A DNA stretch of 64,000 bases from Isurus oxyrinchus (lineage: Eukaryota). Below are positions 39,901 to 54,900 of the stretch, piece by piece (position 1 is the first letter of the stretch; each line of letters opens with the position of its first letter). Under the pieces are notes generated by a model that saw only the letters and a program-made list of their open reading frames with translations, made no database searches and was not told the origin of the DNA. The position numbers were made by a program, and so were the translations under genes. The stretch is taken from contig JANJGN010000034.1 of the NCBI GenBank assembly GCA_026770705.1, positions 7,254,001-7,318,000 of the forward strand, read 5' to 3'.

Positions 39901-42900
39901 GCATCTGATCCCAGTCCGATCACTTGTCAACCTTTAGTAGAAGCCATTCTAATGCCCCGGCTTTTCAATTCTTAACTGATATCGTTTTCAACCAATCCTG
40001 CTTCTATTCTGAAGCATCTTCTCCCTTGTTATTAACAAAAACATTGCAGCATCTTCTCCCTTGCTATTATCAAAAGCAATATACTTCTTTAGAGCCTCAG
40101 TAAAGCGTTCTGACTCGCTGCATAGAATCTTGTTGCTCTCTAGTTGAACGCGTTCCGACGTTCAGGGCATCTGAAGATGTTCATTTCAATAGAAAACTTT
40201 TTTGTGTCCCTTTTATGTTGATTGTGACTCAGTTTTCACCGTTAACTTTTGCTTATTTTCATAGTTTCCAATTCCCACCTGATTTCATATAATAAGGCTC
40301 ATTCAGACTTTAATGCCATTGTGACATCTCCCATCAGCACAGTTTACTTTGTTTCATCTTACTCTCTTAGCTCCCTACTATTCCAGTAAATATTCAGATA
40401 ATTATGATCTCCCATTTTCACTACTTCATTGTTATAGCTCGTCCTGTAATGTGTTGCTTCCCTGTCTTTCCTGAAGTGCCTGTATCTGGGAATATTTGTT
40501 GCCTATCTCTGTCCTTCCTTGAACCATACCTCTGTTATATACAATATCAGATTTCCACATAGCAATGTGTGCCATTAATGAATAAACATTATTTACACAC
40601 TCCACACATTAAGACACATAGGCGTTGCCCCTCATTTCAATTTACATTTTTCTAGTATATGATAAAGGATGAAAACATCTTTATGTAATGCATTTGTCGA
40701 GTCTCATTATATAGTTGTTCAATTTAAACACCATTCAATATTTACCAGGATAGTCCCCGAAATTACTCCTTGAAAACTGATCTCACTAAACATTTTTTGA
40801 TTAAATAGTCAATGAAGCAGCAGGAAGTTAAATGAGGAGATGCAGTGAATGTTGAACTTTAGTCAGCCGTTTTCAAAAGTTAATATATTTATTTATTAAG
40901 GACGGGGGGGGGCTGATGTTTATATAACCTTGATGGAGGCAGCATATTTTATGAGAGGAGTTTGGAACCCAAGTAAGATAGTGACCATGGTAAATAGAGA
41001 AAGTGAGTATTTTTTGCAGGGAATTTATGTGAAACTTCGAAAAAGCTCTGATTGTGCTGCAACTAGGGCATTGCCTCCAGTTCTGGTCAGCAGCATTCAG
41101 GATGAATTCAAGTGTTCTGTTAAGGATAGAGTGGAGATTTACCAACATGGCTCCAGTGATGAGGGATATTAGCTGCAATATCGGGTTGGAGAGTGTGAAG
41201 TTGTTGTCCTCGCAGCAAAGGAGGTTAAGGGGAGATTTGGCTGGGGTGTGCAAGGTTATTGAAGCGTTGAAAAGCTTAGACTAATTGTTCCAATTTCCTG
41301 AGTGTACTGCAGTTGTCAATTCGTGGTTTTGGAGAAGAGACTAAGAGGCAGTGAAGAAGGGCATTTTTTTTTTTCAGAGCGAGTTTGAATGACCTGGAGT
41401 TCACAACATTTCCATGTGATCTAATTGGGGAAGATCAATGGCTTGGAAAAGGAAATTGCACGGGCACTTAGGAGAAATAAACTTGTGGGGCTACAGAGAT
41501 TGCGCTGGAGAATTAGCTGACTGGATTGATCAACAGACAGTCGCGTTGGACTTGATGGTAACAATGGCCTCCTTCTGTCCCCTGATCATTCTTATTGTTC
41601 AGAAATTCCAAACAAGAGGAATTTTTTTTTTTAAATTCGGTCATGAGATGTAGGCATTGCTGGCTAGGCCAACAGTTATTGCTCATCCCTAATTGCCGTC
41701 GTTCTGGGGCATTTAGGAGTCGTCTACATTGCTGTGGTCCTGGAGTCACGTGTAGGTCAGTCCAGGTAAGGGCGACAGATTCCCTTCCCGAAGATCATTA
41801 CAGAATCACATTTTCTTCATAGCAATCGGCAATGGTTTAGTAGTAATCTTCAGATTTTTTATTCAATGTTTTAATTGAACTTAAATTGCACCTTCTACCA
41901 TGGTGGGAATTGAACTTCGGTCCCTAGTGCATTCTTCTGGGTCTCTGGAATTCACGTCCAGTGATGATAACATTAAGGCTAGAGTTTTGAAGTTGAAGGG
42001 CGATACAAGGAAGATTTGGAAATAAAACAATAGTTCATATAAATTGTCGAACGTCGAATGGAAAGATATGCAACGAGGCCATTAAGTCCATTGTCCCTAT
42101 GTGTGTCCTTTGATAAAGATTTCCAATTGGTCGCAATTCCCTTCTCTTCCCACAAAGCAATTACTTTCTCCTCAGGTTTTTCAATGATCTGATGAATCTT
42201 CTTTTCCCATGGTTTGGTTAAGTGAAATCCAGATCACATCACCTCGCTGCTTCAAAAAATCTGTTCCTTCATAACATGTCTGTTCTTTTGACTTAATTAG
42301 TAAACTTACACCCTCTTCGTGCCGACTATTCTGGCATTGGACTTTTTTTTAATTAAACAAATCAAATCCTTTTATTATTAAAAATAACATTGTTTCTCCT
42401 TTTGAAACTATTCCGTTTGAAGGACCATAATCCCCACTACTCCAACGTGGTCACATAACTGATGTTTCTCTACGATGGTTCAATTGAACTCCACTTGCAT
42501 ATTACTATTCCCAGGTCGTTGACATCCTCCTTAGAATTTAGTACCCACCACTGAAGTTAGTCCTGTGTTTCCCTTAGGATACGGTATCTTCAGAGAAAGA
42601 GTCCAGGAATCCTTGAATTCTCTAGTGGAATGAAAATGTTCAGGTGATGCCATTGAATGGCTTTTGATGGATTGTTTTTTTTGTGAGATAAGTTTATTAA
42701 CATGACAGAACCAAGACTCGTAGTTGGATCCAGCAAGATGCAGCTGAATCGTGGAAATGCTCAGGGAGCATGATGGACCATTCATGTTCCTCTGATCGTT
42801 GTGATTGATGTTTGTGGTTTCTTTCACGTGACAGAATTGCAGAAAATGAGGGCGAACTGCCAAGAACATGGTTAGTATAATGGAAATTAATAAATTTGAC

Positions 42901-45900
42901 AAGTGATGGTTATCTCATTTTCTGTTTCCTCATTCTTACATTACCCTGTGGAAAGTGCCAAATTGGGGATTTTTATTTGTTTAGTTTTCTGTAATTATTT
43001 TTCAGTACAATGTATATGTTTCTCTAAGGTCGCTGCACATTCTTTATACAAAAGGCATGACAATATGTAAATTGTTTAGCGTCACGAAAGTCACTGCTGC
43101 ACTTATCTAAATCTGAAAAGCTCTACATAATTTACCGAATACTATATTTCCCATGAGCAATTACATATAGTGCACGGTGTACATCCAGTAAACATGTAAT
43201 CTGTCTCAAGGACAATGAGGGATAGGCAATAAATGCTGGCCGAGCAAGCGTTATCCACATCCTGATAACAAGTATTTTTTTAAAGACATTAATCCAACTG
43301 CCATAAAATCGGTCAAACGTTTATCAGCTATTGTTCAAGTCAAGACACATCCACGTCGACATAATCAGACACCCAACCACTGCCTAAATGCATTACTTGC
43401 TGAAACCATTTGTAACCTTGAAGCCATCCAAGGCTCTGCTGCTCACATCCTAACTGGCGCAATCTCTCATTCATCCTTCACTTCTTCATTCGCTGACCTA
43501 CACGGGTTATCTCTAAGGTAACTTGCCCATTTTAAAATGCTCATCCTTATTTTGAAATCCCTCCATGTCCTCACCATGGCCATTGTAAATTCCTGCAATC
43601 GACAACCCTCAAGTAAGCGTGTGTTGTTAGAATTGAGACAATTTCAGCACTACCGAACCTGATTTCTCCACTGTTAGTTGCCATGCCATTAAGCCACTGG
43701 GATATCAGATCTAGAATCACGTCCTACAATTCTCTGCCTTTCCACCTCGCGTTCTGAATCTTAATGGGCTTCTCCATAAAGTATCATATACCCTGATGCC
43801 TCCTTATTGAGCCACTGTAACACCTTACTTATTGAAAACCATTGAATTTGCTTCATAATTTTAATTTCACATTACAAATGAAATGCAGATTGGTTTTCTT
43901 TTCGGTTCTGATACGAGTCATTATTTTCATGGACTTAATAGAACGAGAATTGACCGTGAAAAATGAAGGTAAATACGACAACTTATGATATTTTTGCCAT
44001 GCTTTAATTCATTGTGAGGCTGGCACTGGACATGGGTGGTGCCTCAAACCGCATGCGTTATTCAGTTACATCGAACTCAACAGGAGCTGACGGTAGGGTC
44101 AGTGGTGCGTGGAACCATTGTTTCTTTCGTACTGATAATGATTCCGTGCCAATCTTATCGGCATGCCAGTTTCAGCTGCATATTCAGCAAACACTCAGCA
44201 GCTTATTTGGCGATTTTCATTCTTCTTGTTTCTTTTGTTCACAGAAACACGGAAACTAAAAGTGGTGCTTCTGGATTGTGGTGCGTGGATGGGATTGGAT
44301 TTGGGACTCCACACGATCAATGATCTCACTGATACATCAATATCCATGCTCAAGAAGCATATTACGTGCAAAGTGGTAGCGGGATGGTGGTGGATAATGT
44401 GTTGATAGAGCAGCTGTATTTACTTATCATCCACTTGAATGATGAACAGAAATGCGGAGGGATAAACGGCAATATTAGAAAATACAGCAAAACAACCACG
44501 TCCGGACCAAATTCCTTTCATCTTTGTATGATATTCAATTTAATTATCTTCAGTGCAAGTGAATCTACGGCACAGCATAATACTGTTGTAGATTAGATAA
44601 CTTCTGTCTGATACTACAATCCATGACAAATTTCCAACACAGAAAACTCAACAATTAACATAGCAATATCAAGATATATGCATGCGTTATTTTAGCTTAG
44701 GTTTCCGAAGTGAATATGCCACAGACGGATAAAGCTGCTACATTAACCAACGCATGCTGATTGACTTTCCATTTCTCATCCTCTCTGAAGGCAGAATTAT
44801 CTATCAGAATCAAAGCAGGAAAAATACAACCTGGCTAATTAGCGTTCCACTGGTCTACGCGCGATCATCAGTAAAGTAATGGAAGGGGTCATCAACAGTG
44901 CTAAGAGGCAGCCAGCACTTGCTTAGCAACAGCCTGCTTACTGACGATCAGTTTGGGTTCTGCCAGGGCCAATCAGCTCCTGACCGCATTAAATTCTTAA
45001 TTCAAACATGGACAAAACTGCTGAACTCCCTAGGTCAGGCGAGAGTGGCTGCCTTTGACATCAAGGCCGATTTAACTGAGTGTGGTATCAAGGTCCCTGA
45101 CCAAATCTGGAGTCAATAGGAATAAGGGGGAAATTATCCACTAGCAGCAAGGAAGGTGGTTGTGGTTGTTGCAGTTCAGCCATCTCAGCTGCAGGACATT
45201 ACAGCCGGAGTTCCCCCGGTTAGTGTCCTCGGCCAAACCATGTTCAGCTGCTTCATCAATGACCATCATAGTATCCGAATCGGGGATGTTCGCTGATGAT
45301 TGCAAAATGTTCACCACTATTCGTGGCTCCTCAGATACTGCAGCAGTCCATGTCAAAATTCAGCAAGACGTGGTCAATAACAAGGCTTGGACTGACAAGT
45401 GGCAATTAACATTTGCTCCGCACAAGTATCAGGCAATGGCCATCTGCAACAAAACAGGATCCAACCATTGCCGCTTGACGTCCAATGCCATTACCATCAC
45501 CGAATCCTTCACAATCGGCAGCCTGGGGGTAACCATTTCCCAGAAACTGAACTGAGCTAGCTATGTAAATACTGTGGCAACAAGAGTAGGTCAGAGGCTA
45601 GGTGTCCTGCGGCAAGCAATTCACATCCTGATTCCCCAAAGCCTGTCCACCATCTACAAGGCACAAGTCAGGAGTATAAATGAATACTCTCCATTTGCCT
45701 GGATGTGTGCAGCTCCCACAACACACAAGAAGCTTTGCAACAGCCTGGACAATTCATCCCGCTTGACTGGCATCACATACACAAATATGCACTCCCTCCA
45801 CCATCAACGCACAGTGTGTTCCATTTACAAAATGCAAGCAGGAATTGACCAAAGGCCCTTCAACATAACCTTCCAAACCCATGGCCACTACCATCTAGAA

Positions 45901-48900
45901 GGACAAGGGCAGCAGATAGTTGGGAGCACCACCACCTGGAAATTCTGCTGAGAATCACTCACCATACTGGCTTGGATATATTTCACTGTTCCTTCACTGT
46001 CAGTGGGTCAAAGGTCTGGAATTCCCTTCCTAACATCACTTTGAGGCCTACCTACATCATGTAGACTGCTGTGGAGCAAGAAGGCAGCCCATCCCATCTT
46101 CTCAAGGGCAATTGTGGATGGAGAATAAATGCTGGCCTAGATTGCAAAGCCCATATCCCATGAATGAATAATTTTAAAAAAATCTCAATGGAACTGCTAC
46201 AATTTCACTCAAAATGAACGAATTTCAGGTGTGCGCAGATGCAGCATTCTGACAATGTGGTTAGAACGCTTCCCTTGGTGATGTTATTCCTGAAATAGCT
46301 GGAATTGCAAATAGGTTGCAGCACCAAAAGGACGATTTAGCCCAACTGGTGCATTTATGCTCCACATAGGCCTCTCCCCTCGCACCTCCATTAAACCCCG
46401 TCAAAGTATCCGCCTCACTGCTCATATATTTATCCAATGTCTTCGCCATCAGTTTATAGCCGTTATCAACATTATGGCCCCCGAGATAGAAAGTCATGGT
46501 TTGCTGTCACAGTGCAAACCTGGTGAGCAAACGTCTTGCTGAAATTCCCCATTGGGAGGAGAGGGGAATGGTGCACTCTCTGAAGTTAAACTGAATCATT
46601 GCCGTCCTCTGCAATGGATATTAAAGTTCGCACTCAGTTATTTACAGTATGCAAAGTATACCCGCTAGTGTCTTGGCTCAGTGTATCCCTCAGCCAACAT
46701 GTCAACGCAGATTTGTTTGTCATTAAGACATTCCTGTTTGTGGAGCATTTTGGCTGTCATGCTTCCCAAACTACAACAGTGAATGCACTTCAAGATACTT
46801 AATTGACAATGTAACTTTATAGTGTTTGTTGGCCATATATTTATACGGCAGGAAAGCCAGTGTGAAAAAATCAAGTTCTATACTTCTTTCCTTAGAAAAA
46901 TTATCTTAAATTCACATGTTGCACTCAATTCCAGATGTATGATGGTGCCTTGGTTGCTCCTCCACCTCTGCATAAAAAAAATTAGGTTGAGGCTCCATTT
47001 TGCGCCATTATAGCCATGCAAATGACCTCATCACGTTGCAAAGCAGGTGGGTTATTAGCCTTTAAGTCATTCGAATATGCCGGATGGCAAGCGGTAAGTG
47101 CGTGAGAGTTTCCTGGTCAGCCATCCTGCAGAAAGCAATGGCAAACCAATAAAGTCCTTTATCAAGCATTATGATGGACCAATCCAATGGAAGACATTAG
47201 TTGTCAATACCCTCTTAAGGCATGTAACTTCAGGGAGAAGCATGGACTTCAATCAATCCATTAGGCAGATTTAGACATTTCATCACTGCTTAGATAATCT
47301 ACTTTCTGCAGAATCCCTTATTGAGTTATTGAATGTCTGACCTATATTTGTAGCGTTAATTTTAGGCATCCAACAATCAAACTATCGTGTTTGATAGCTT
47401 AAACTTTCACAGTGTTAAAGTGCTTTATCAGAGAAACTTTTATCCTTCTCTGTTGTATAACAGGGAAGAATTCTAACCTATTGTCCCTTTCCTGATAATT
47501 ACAAACTTATACTTTTCCTGTTCTCGTAAGCCCATGTAAACCCAAAAACTGTTTTCACTTATGTTGCTCACAGAGCAAAAACTAACCAAGAAAAATGAAG
47601 GTAAGTGAATGACTTGCATTCAGTTTATGGGACATATTGAGGATTGAAATCTATTGACAGTGAAATTCCCCAATTGCCATTTAGTTTCGTTGACGTTAAG
47701 TAAATTGAATATCTGTAGAGGAGCACAACAGGCGTCAGATGTGCTACCACCCTTTTAGCGCTATGAAACGACGACTTTCAATGTTATTATTAATTGATGA
47801 GGAAATGCTTTCCCCATTTTAATATCATTAGGTTCAATATCTCATAATTTGGTGGCTAAACTTTTGGGAGGCAAGGATGTTGAGGGCTACAAACAGAGAC
47901 AATTCAATGAGAGCTCAGTTATAGGTTAGCCAATGTCGAATTGAATATCTTCCTCCGTAACCTCTTCAGCGCGAAGACTGCACAAAATATTCTCGCCATG
48001 ACTCCAATATCCCTTATAGTACTGTAACATATACAGTTAGACTCCACTGCTCAATCACTGTAAAATGTTTAGTCAGCAGAGTGGGAAGTGGAAAGATTTG
48101 AAAGAGGATACAACAAGAAATATGCTAACAAACCAGGAAAATCTGTAAAATGCATACAATAATAATGATGAGGGATGTCAGCTACATAGAAATTTATTGT
48201 TTTGAGAAGTGGGCATTTAATTTATCTTAATAATATAAACATTGGAAACAAAAACCCAATTATCAAGTTGCTGTTCGAGACTAAATCGGTGGTGATAGAT
48301 GTGAATTGGCCATATAATTGTCAGAGCAATTTCAGCATAAAAAAAGTAGAAGGTATTATACTTTGGTTATACAAATACAGAAGTCATATATCCCTTGAAA
48401 AGAAAAGCTACATGAGGCAGAGGAAAAGAGGGGTGTGAGGCTAAAGATCCTTGAAACTTCGAGAACAGTTGCTAAGACCATTAACAATGCGTAGCAAGCA
48501 CGGGTCATAATGACTACATTAATGGAATTGACAGGTATAGTGCTCAGAACACATTGGGTTGAACTCCTGATTCAACCACACTTAGCATTCTATGCAGAGT
48601 CCTGCATTATGCATGCAGAATACCATAAATTAGAGCATATCACTATCAAGAAGGATGGACATTTTTTTTTTGTTCTGTTTGTGAGGTGCTATAATAGGCG
48701 TATTTGAATTATGAGGTGGCATCGACAGAATAGCCAAGGAAAAGAGTTTTCTCTTGGGAAGAGTGAAAATAGAGCCAACAGCACAATATAACAATCAAGA
48801 AAGAAATAATGCATTCAGAAAATCGGCCTTTACCGAAAGAGTCGTGATAATTTGAAACACCGCACTAAAGTCATTAGTTGAGGCGAATGGCACAATGGTT

Positions 48901-51900
48901 TTAGGGAAAGCTTCAAAAGTATGTAAGGGCCAATAATTCAAAAGCTATACCGATAGAGTGAGATGAGCAGTGACGGGTGGAGATTTGTGTATCGAGCGCA
49001 TATTAGTATGGCCTGGTCGGGTACAGTAGGCTGTATTTGTGCAGCCAACACAAAGTAGCTTTCATATAATTCCGTTCTGTAACCATTCATCTTTTAAGAA
49101 CAATTCTTCTCATCCTTCCTCTCCCATTTTCTCACAATTATGTTAAATGCGTATTCTCAGTTACTGCTCGTTCCCTTGGATATGCCAACTCAACCTACCA
49201 GAATCTTATCCCTCCAAGGAAAAAAAAGAACATAACTTTTCTTGGAATCCATGTCACCAAAGACGTTCATTCCTGGTGCCATTAAATTAAGACTCCTTTT
49301 GGCAATATCTACGAAGTATTCTTAAAGGGTGATACCCAAAGGCATACATTTTACATCTGCGCAAGTCGAACCAGTGATTTATCACCGTTTCGTATTTCTC
49401 ACAAAATGATTCTCACATTTGCTCGCAGAGATGGTGAAAATGAAAGACAGCATTTCGGAATGTGGTGAGCTATATAATTTTAGGTTATTTTCCTTTACTA
49501 TCAAAGCAATTACCACGTTCATTGATCTCACGTTTATATTACCCAGATCTTTCCACAGCAGCTCTATCTCCTGCACAGTTGAAAGGCTGGTTATCTATTT
49601 GTGCTGCTTGAAATCTGTGCATGTTAACGTTACCTTGTGATCCATTCCATAGTGCTCCCACTCTTATCTCTGCGAGGAGAGGTTGTGCATTCAAGTACCA
49701 CTTTGGTGCTCTGACCTCTATAATCCAGGCAGCCAATCCTCGTCCTGAGCAGCCAGGAATTGTTGCCTTGGTGGGGAGACCGTCTTCCATCTCAAGGTGG
49801 ACATATAAGATCTCCAGGTGTCAATTCATAAAAATGCAGGGGCTACTCTGCTCTGCCTTATGCCAATATTTATCAACCAGCGTCAGTAAAGTGCATTTTT
49901 TATTCAGTATCCCATTGTTCTGCGAGGCCTCTTACTCTGGTAAACTTTGACTCCTATTCCCTGGTTTAGAAAGGTGCTATGTTCGTTGTATGAAATGTCG
50001 TAACATCCTCAACGCAAAAGACGCAAAATGTATCCAAGCATTTCTATTATAGAAAAGCATATCCATTCATATACAGGCTTCAAACCATTGGCGCAATTTT
50101 TGGTGGCTGATAATTCTTGCCAGTGACATGATAAAGAGAGACTGACGTTTAAATTGCGCGTTTCACTGCTCCGGGATCTAGCAAAGCTCTTTTTGACAAA
50201 TTTGTGCACAGCTCAGTGTTACCTGAATGCGATAATGCGAAGATGCTTATTTTGTCCCCTGTTCGATTATTGGAAATGTTTGCTTGGAAAAATGGGGAAA
50301 CAGCAGTAGAATATAGTGTTGTATGCCCACCAGAGAAACGACAGGTAGTTTAATACTTGTCAAACTGCAGGCAATTTCAGCAGGGCAAAATTGCATCATC
50401 AGCTTCCACTTTACTTCAAAGCTCTGGAGTGGGACTTCAGTCCACAACCTTCTGACTGAGAGAGGAGGAACCTGCAAACTGAGATATTGCATGATCACGT
50501 CATCCCTTCTAGGATGATACTCTCAATAGCTGATTCTAGAGTTTGGTTACAGAAAAATGAGACCATATTAATTCATGACGTAGCCCTCACCAAAACATAT
50601 GTAATTTATATTAATGGGTAAATTGATGATGCAAAAATTACACATTGGGAGTGACTACACGATGTCCAATAAGTTAGGAACCGCACGTTTCACGACCAGC
50701 CTGATATCCTTTTCAAATGTAGTTAGAAGGATCGAACATTGAGTTGGGATTATGTTTAGGAACCGAAGATCTATAGCCCCTGTATCATTGCACCCAAGAT
50801 AAGTGCCCTTCGCTGGTGTGTTTTTCCCCCAATTAGGCTGTTATTGGTATTCTTCATTATGTTACTTACTAATTACTCTAATTATGTTGCTTACAGAAGA
50901 AAAGTTAAAGGTCAAGCAGAAAGGTAAATATGTGTGTATGGTTTCATATCACAACAAAAAAACAGATTGAGTGAGATGTTTAAAAAAAACGGATTCATAA
51001 ACATGAGGCCAGAACTGAGACGTTTCATGTATACAGGGGTAAGGAAATTAGGAAACGAAGTGAAAAGACTACAGGACGACCTAGAAATACTTGCAAAGTG
51101 GACAGGCACATTCCAGATTTTTTTTTGTTAAACACACTACTGATACAATTTGGTTGCAATGCTGCAGGTGTGCTGTATCAGTGAAATGGGGTCCAGGCAC
51201 ACAATTGCTAGTATTGCATGACTGGATAAGTTGTGCATACCGAATGAAGTAATACGAAATAAGAATAGGCCGTTACAGCCCTTAGATCCAATTCCACGTT
51301 TCAATAATACCGGGGCTAACTCTCTTGCTTAATTTCAACATCCAGTTGCTTTTGCAGTTTCCCACTTAACTTCAGAGGCCCACAAGGCGTTCAGTGAAGA
51401 TATTTAATGTAAGCTGTCTCATCAATAACCAAAACACATATTGCATTTCTCTACCCTATGCTCTAAACTTAATATGCGCCATATTTAAAAGCAGATCAGT
51501 AGCTCCAAACTTAGCCTAACTACGTTTATTTGGGGATTCAGCTGGAATGAACTGCTATTCACACAAAGTCAATGAAATCCATTGGTTACATTCTTACCTC
51601 GTACAAAGGAATGTGCTTGTGGTTATTGGAACCAATAATTTCATGCAAGAAATCACTCAAGGAGTTCTTCAGAGTAGTGTCCTCAGCCCAAGCTGCTTCA
51701 TTCACAATATACATTCCAGCATGTGTTCAGAAGAAGGGATTTGGACTGATTATTACAGGGTTTTCTGTATTATGAGTGACTCCTCAAATACTGAATCAAT
51801 CCTTGCCACATTCAGAAAGGAATGTAAATATTTCCGACTTTGGCTGCCAAGTTGCAAGTCACATTCATGTTCCACAGGTCAGCCAATGGACATCTCTGAC

Positions 51901-54900
51901 AAGAGAGAATGGAATAAGCTAACCTTCGAAATCTGCAGTCTTCACCTAGGCTGGCCTACGTGTAACTCCAGATCCGCAGTAATGTGGCTCGCAAGTCACT
52001 CAATTGTATCGAACTGAGGTAAAACTGCAAATGAAACTGACTCTCTCAACTCTGTGTCCTTAGGATTACTTCGCCAATAGCCTGGAAATGCCCAGTAGCT
52101 GAAACTTTGGAACACGATTTTTACTTGCAACTTACAAGCAAAATTCAGAAGCCTGACATGGTCTGAGCCATTAATCAGACACCATCACTGTCCTACCAGG
52201 TGAGTTGGCCGCACCATGGTATACACCTGGGACGGAGTTGCTGAGAGTGCTCAATACTGACTGCGCCCCTTCCTCCCTACCTCCCCCCACCCCTCAAGAA
52301 GGCTCATCACATCAGGTCAAATATGGGAAACCTGCTCATTAACACAAACCGCCTCTACCCCCTGTCCCCAAGCTGATGAATCATTCATGTTGAATGTGAC
52401 TTGGAGGAAGCACTGAGGGTGGCAAGGGCGCAAAAATTACTCTGAGGGACTTCAATATCCATCACCAAGAGTGCCTCAGTAGCACTGAAGGACGTGGCTG
52501 CTAGACTGGTTCTGCAGCAGATGGTGAGGGAACCAAAACTAGGGAAAACATAGTTGACTTCATCTTCTCCAACCTGCCTGCCAAGGGTACACTTGTCCAT
52601 CTGTCCACGACAGTATCAATATGAGTTACAACTGCACAGTTCTTGTAGAGATGAAGCACCTTCTTCACATTAAGTAAACCCTGGTTTATGTTCAATGGAA
52701 GGACCACCGTGCTAAATGGAGCATATTTCAAACACGTTTAGCAATTCAACACTGAGCAAACAAGAGGCACTCTGGGCCATCAGCAGCAGCAGAATTAGAC
52801 TCAACCACAATGTGTAACCTCATAGCCCGACATATCCCCCACTGTAAAATTACCACCAAGACGGGGGATTAATCATGCTCAACCAAGAGTGAAGGGGGAC
52901 AACCACGAGCAGCACCAGACATACCTCCAACGAGGTGTCAGCTAGGTGGAAGCGACAATTCAGGGCTACCTGAGTGCTAATCAACATGAGCAGCAAGTGA
53001 TACACAGAGACCGGAGATTCCACAACCAACTGATCGGATCTAAGCTCCACACTCCTTCCACTTACAGTCGTGAATGGTGGTGGACAAGTAAAAAACTCAG
53101 TGGAGGAAAAGGCTCTACAAATATATCCATTCTCAATGATCGAGGAGTCTATCATTAGTGCAACATATAAGGCTGAATCATTCACATCAATGTTCAGTCA
53201 GAGTGGATGCTCCTCCTTGGTCAACTCCAGTGGTCCCCATCATCAGAGATGCCAGCCTTCAGCCAATTCAGTTCACTCTACATGATATCAAGAAACGGCT
53301 GGAGACTATGGACCTGACGATAGTCTGGCGATAGTTTTTTCAAGACTTGTGCTCCAGATCTTGCCTTGCCTCTAGCCATGCTCTTCCAGTTCACCTCCAA
53401 CACAGATTTGTACCCGGCAATGTAGGAAATTGCCCTGTTATTCAAAATTGTGCTGTACTCAAAAATTAGGACAATTCCAACCAGGCCAATTACCGCTCCA
53501 CCCTCAATCATCAGTAAAGTGATGGAAGTGGTCATCAGCAGTGATATCAAGCGGCAATTGCTCAGCAACAACCTTCTCACTAGGTTCACTAAGCTTTTGA
53601 CCGCATATAGCCTTGGTTCATACATGGGCAAGGGAGGCTATTACCAGAGGTGAGGTGAGAGTGACTGCCCTTGACATCAAGGCAGCATTTGAACGAGTGT
53701 GGCATCATGGAGTCTAGCAAAACAAAAGTCAATAGGAATCAGGGGGAAAATATCCACTCTTTGGAGTCCTATAAAGCACCAAGGAAGATGGTTGTGTTTG
53801 TTGGAGGTCAATCATCTCAGTTCCAGGACATTGATTCAGGAGTTTCTCAGGTTAGTGTCCTACACCCAACCACCTTTAACTGCTTCATCAATGACCTCCC
53901 TTCCATAAGTTCAGAAGTGGGGATGCTCTCTGAATATTGCATAATGTTGATCACCAGTCATGACTTCTCAGATACTGAAGGAGACCATGTCCAAATGAAG
54001 CAAGATCAGACAATCTCCAGCCTTGGGCTGACAAGTGACAAGTAACATTTGCATGGCACAAGTGTCAGCAATGAAGATCTCCAACAGGGGAGAATCTAAC
54101 CATCGTCCCTTGACATTCAATAGCATTATCATCACTGAATCCCCAACTTTCAACAGCTTGGTGGTCAACATTGACTAGAAACAGAACTGGAATAGCTATA
54201 TAAACACTATGACTACAACAGCAACTCAGAGGCTAGGAATCCTGTCGCGAGTAACTCACCTCTTGACTCCCCAAATCATTTCCACCATCTAAAAGGTACA
54301 AGTAAGGAGTGTGATGGAATACTGCCCACTTGTCTGTATGGCTGCAGATCCGGAAACACTCAAGAAGCTTCACAGCATCCAGGACAAATTGCCGTGCTTG
54401 ATTGGTGCCCAGTCCAAAAACATTCACTCCGTTCATCACGCTCGCACTATGGCAGGATTGTGCACCACCTACAAGATACAATGCAGAAATTCACCAAGGC
54501 TCCTTAGGCATAACCTGCCAAATCCAAAATCACGACCATCTAGAAAGAGAATGGCAGAAGATACAGGGAACACCACCACCTGTAAATTGTATTACAAGCC
54601 GGTCACCATCCTGACTTGGAAATATATCGCTGTTACTTCACTGTCACTTGGTCAAAATGTGGAACTCCCTCGTTAACTGCGCTGTGGGTGTTGCTACACC
54701 AAAGGGCCTGAAGCAGTTCACGAATGCAGCTCATCACCACCTTCTACTGGAAAATTAGTGATGGGAAATAAATGCTGGTCTAGCCAGCAACGCACCCATC
54801 CCATTAATGAATAAGAAATATCATGATGAAGCAGCATTTCTGATCTTTAGCTCACCCTCCATCTTAATCATACAATCCATCCCTCCAAGTGATTTCAACG

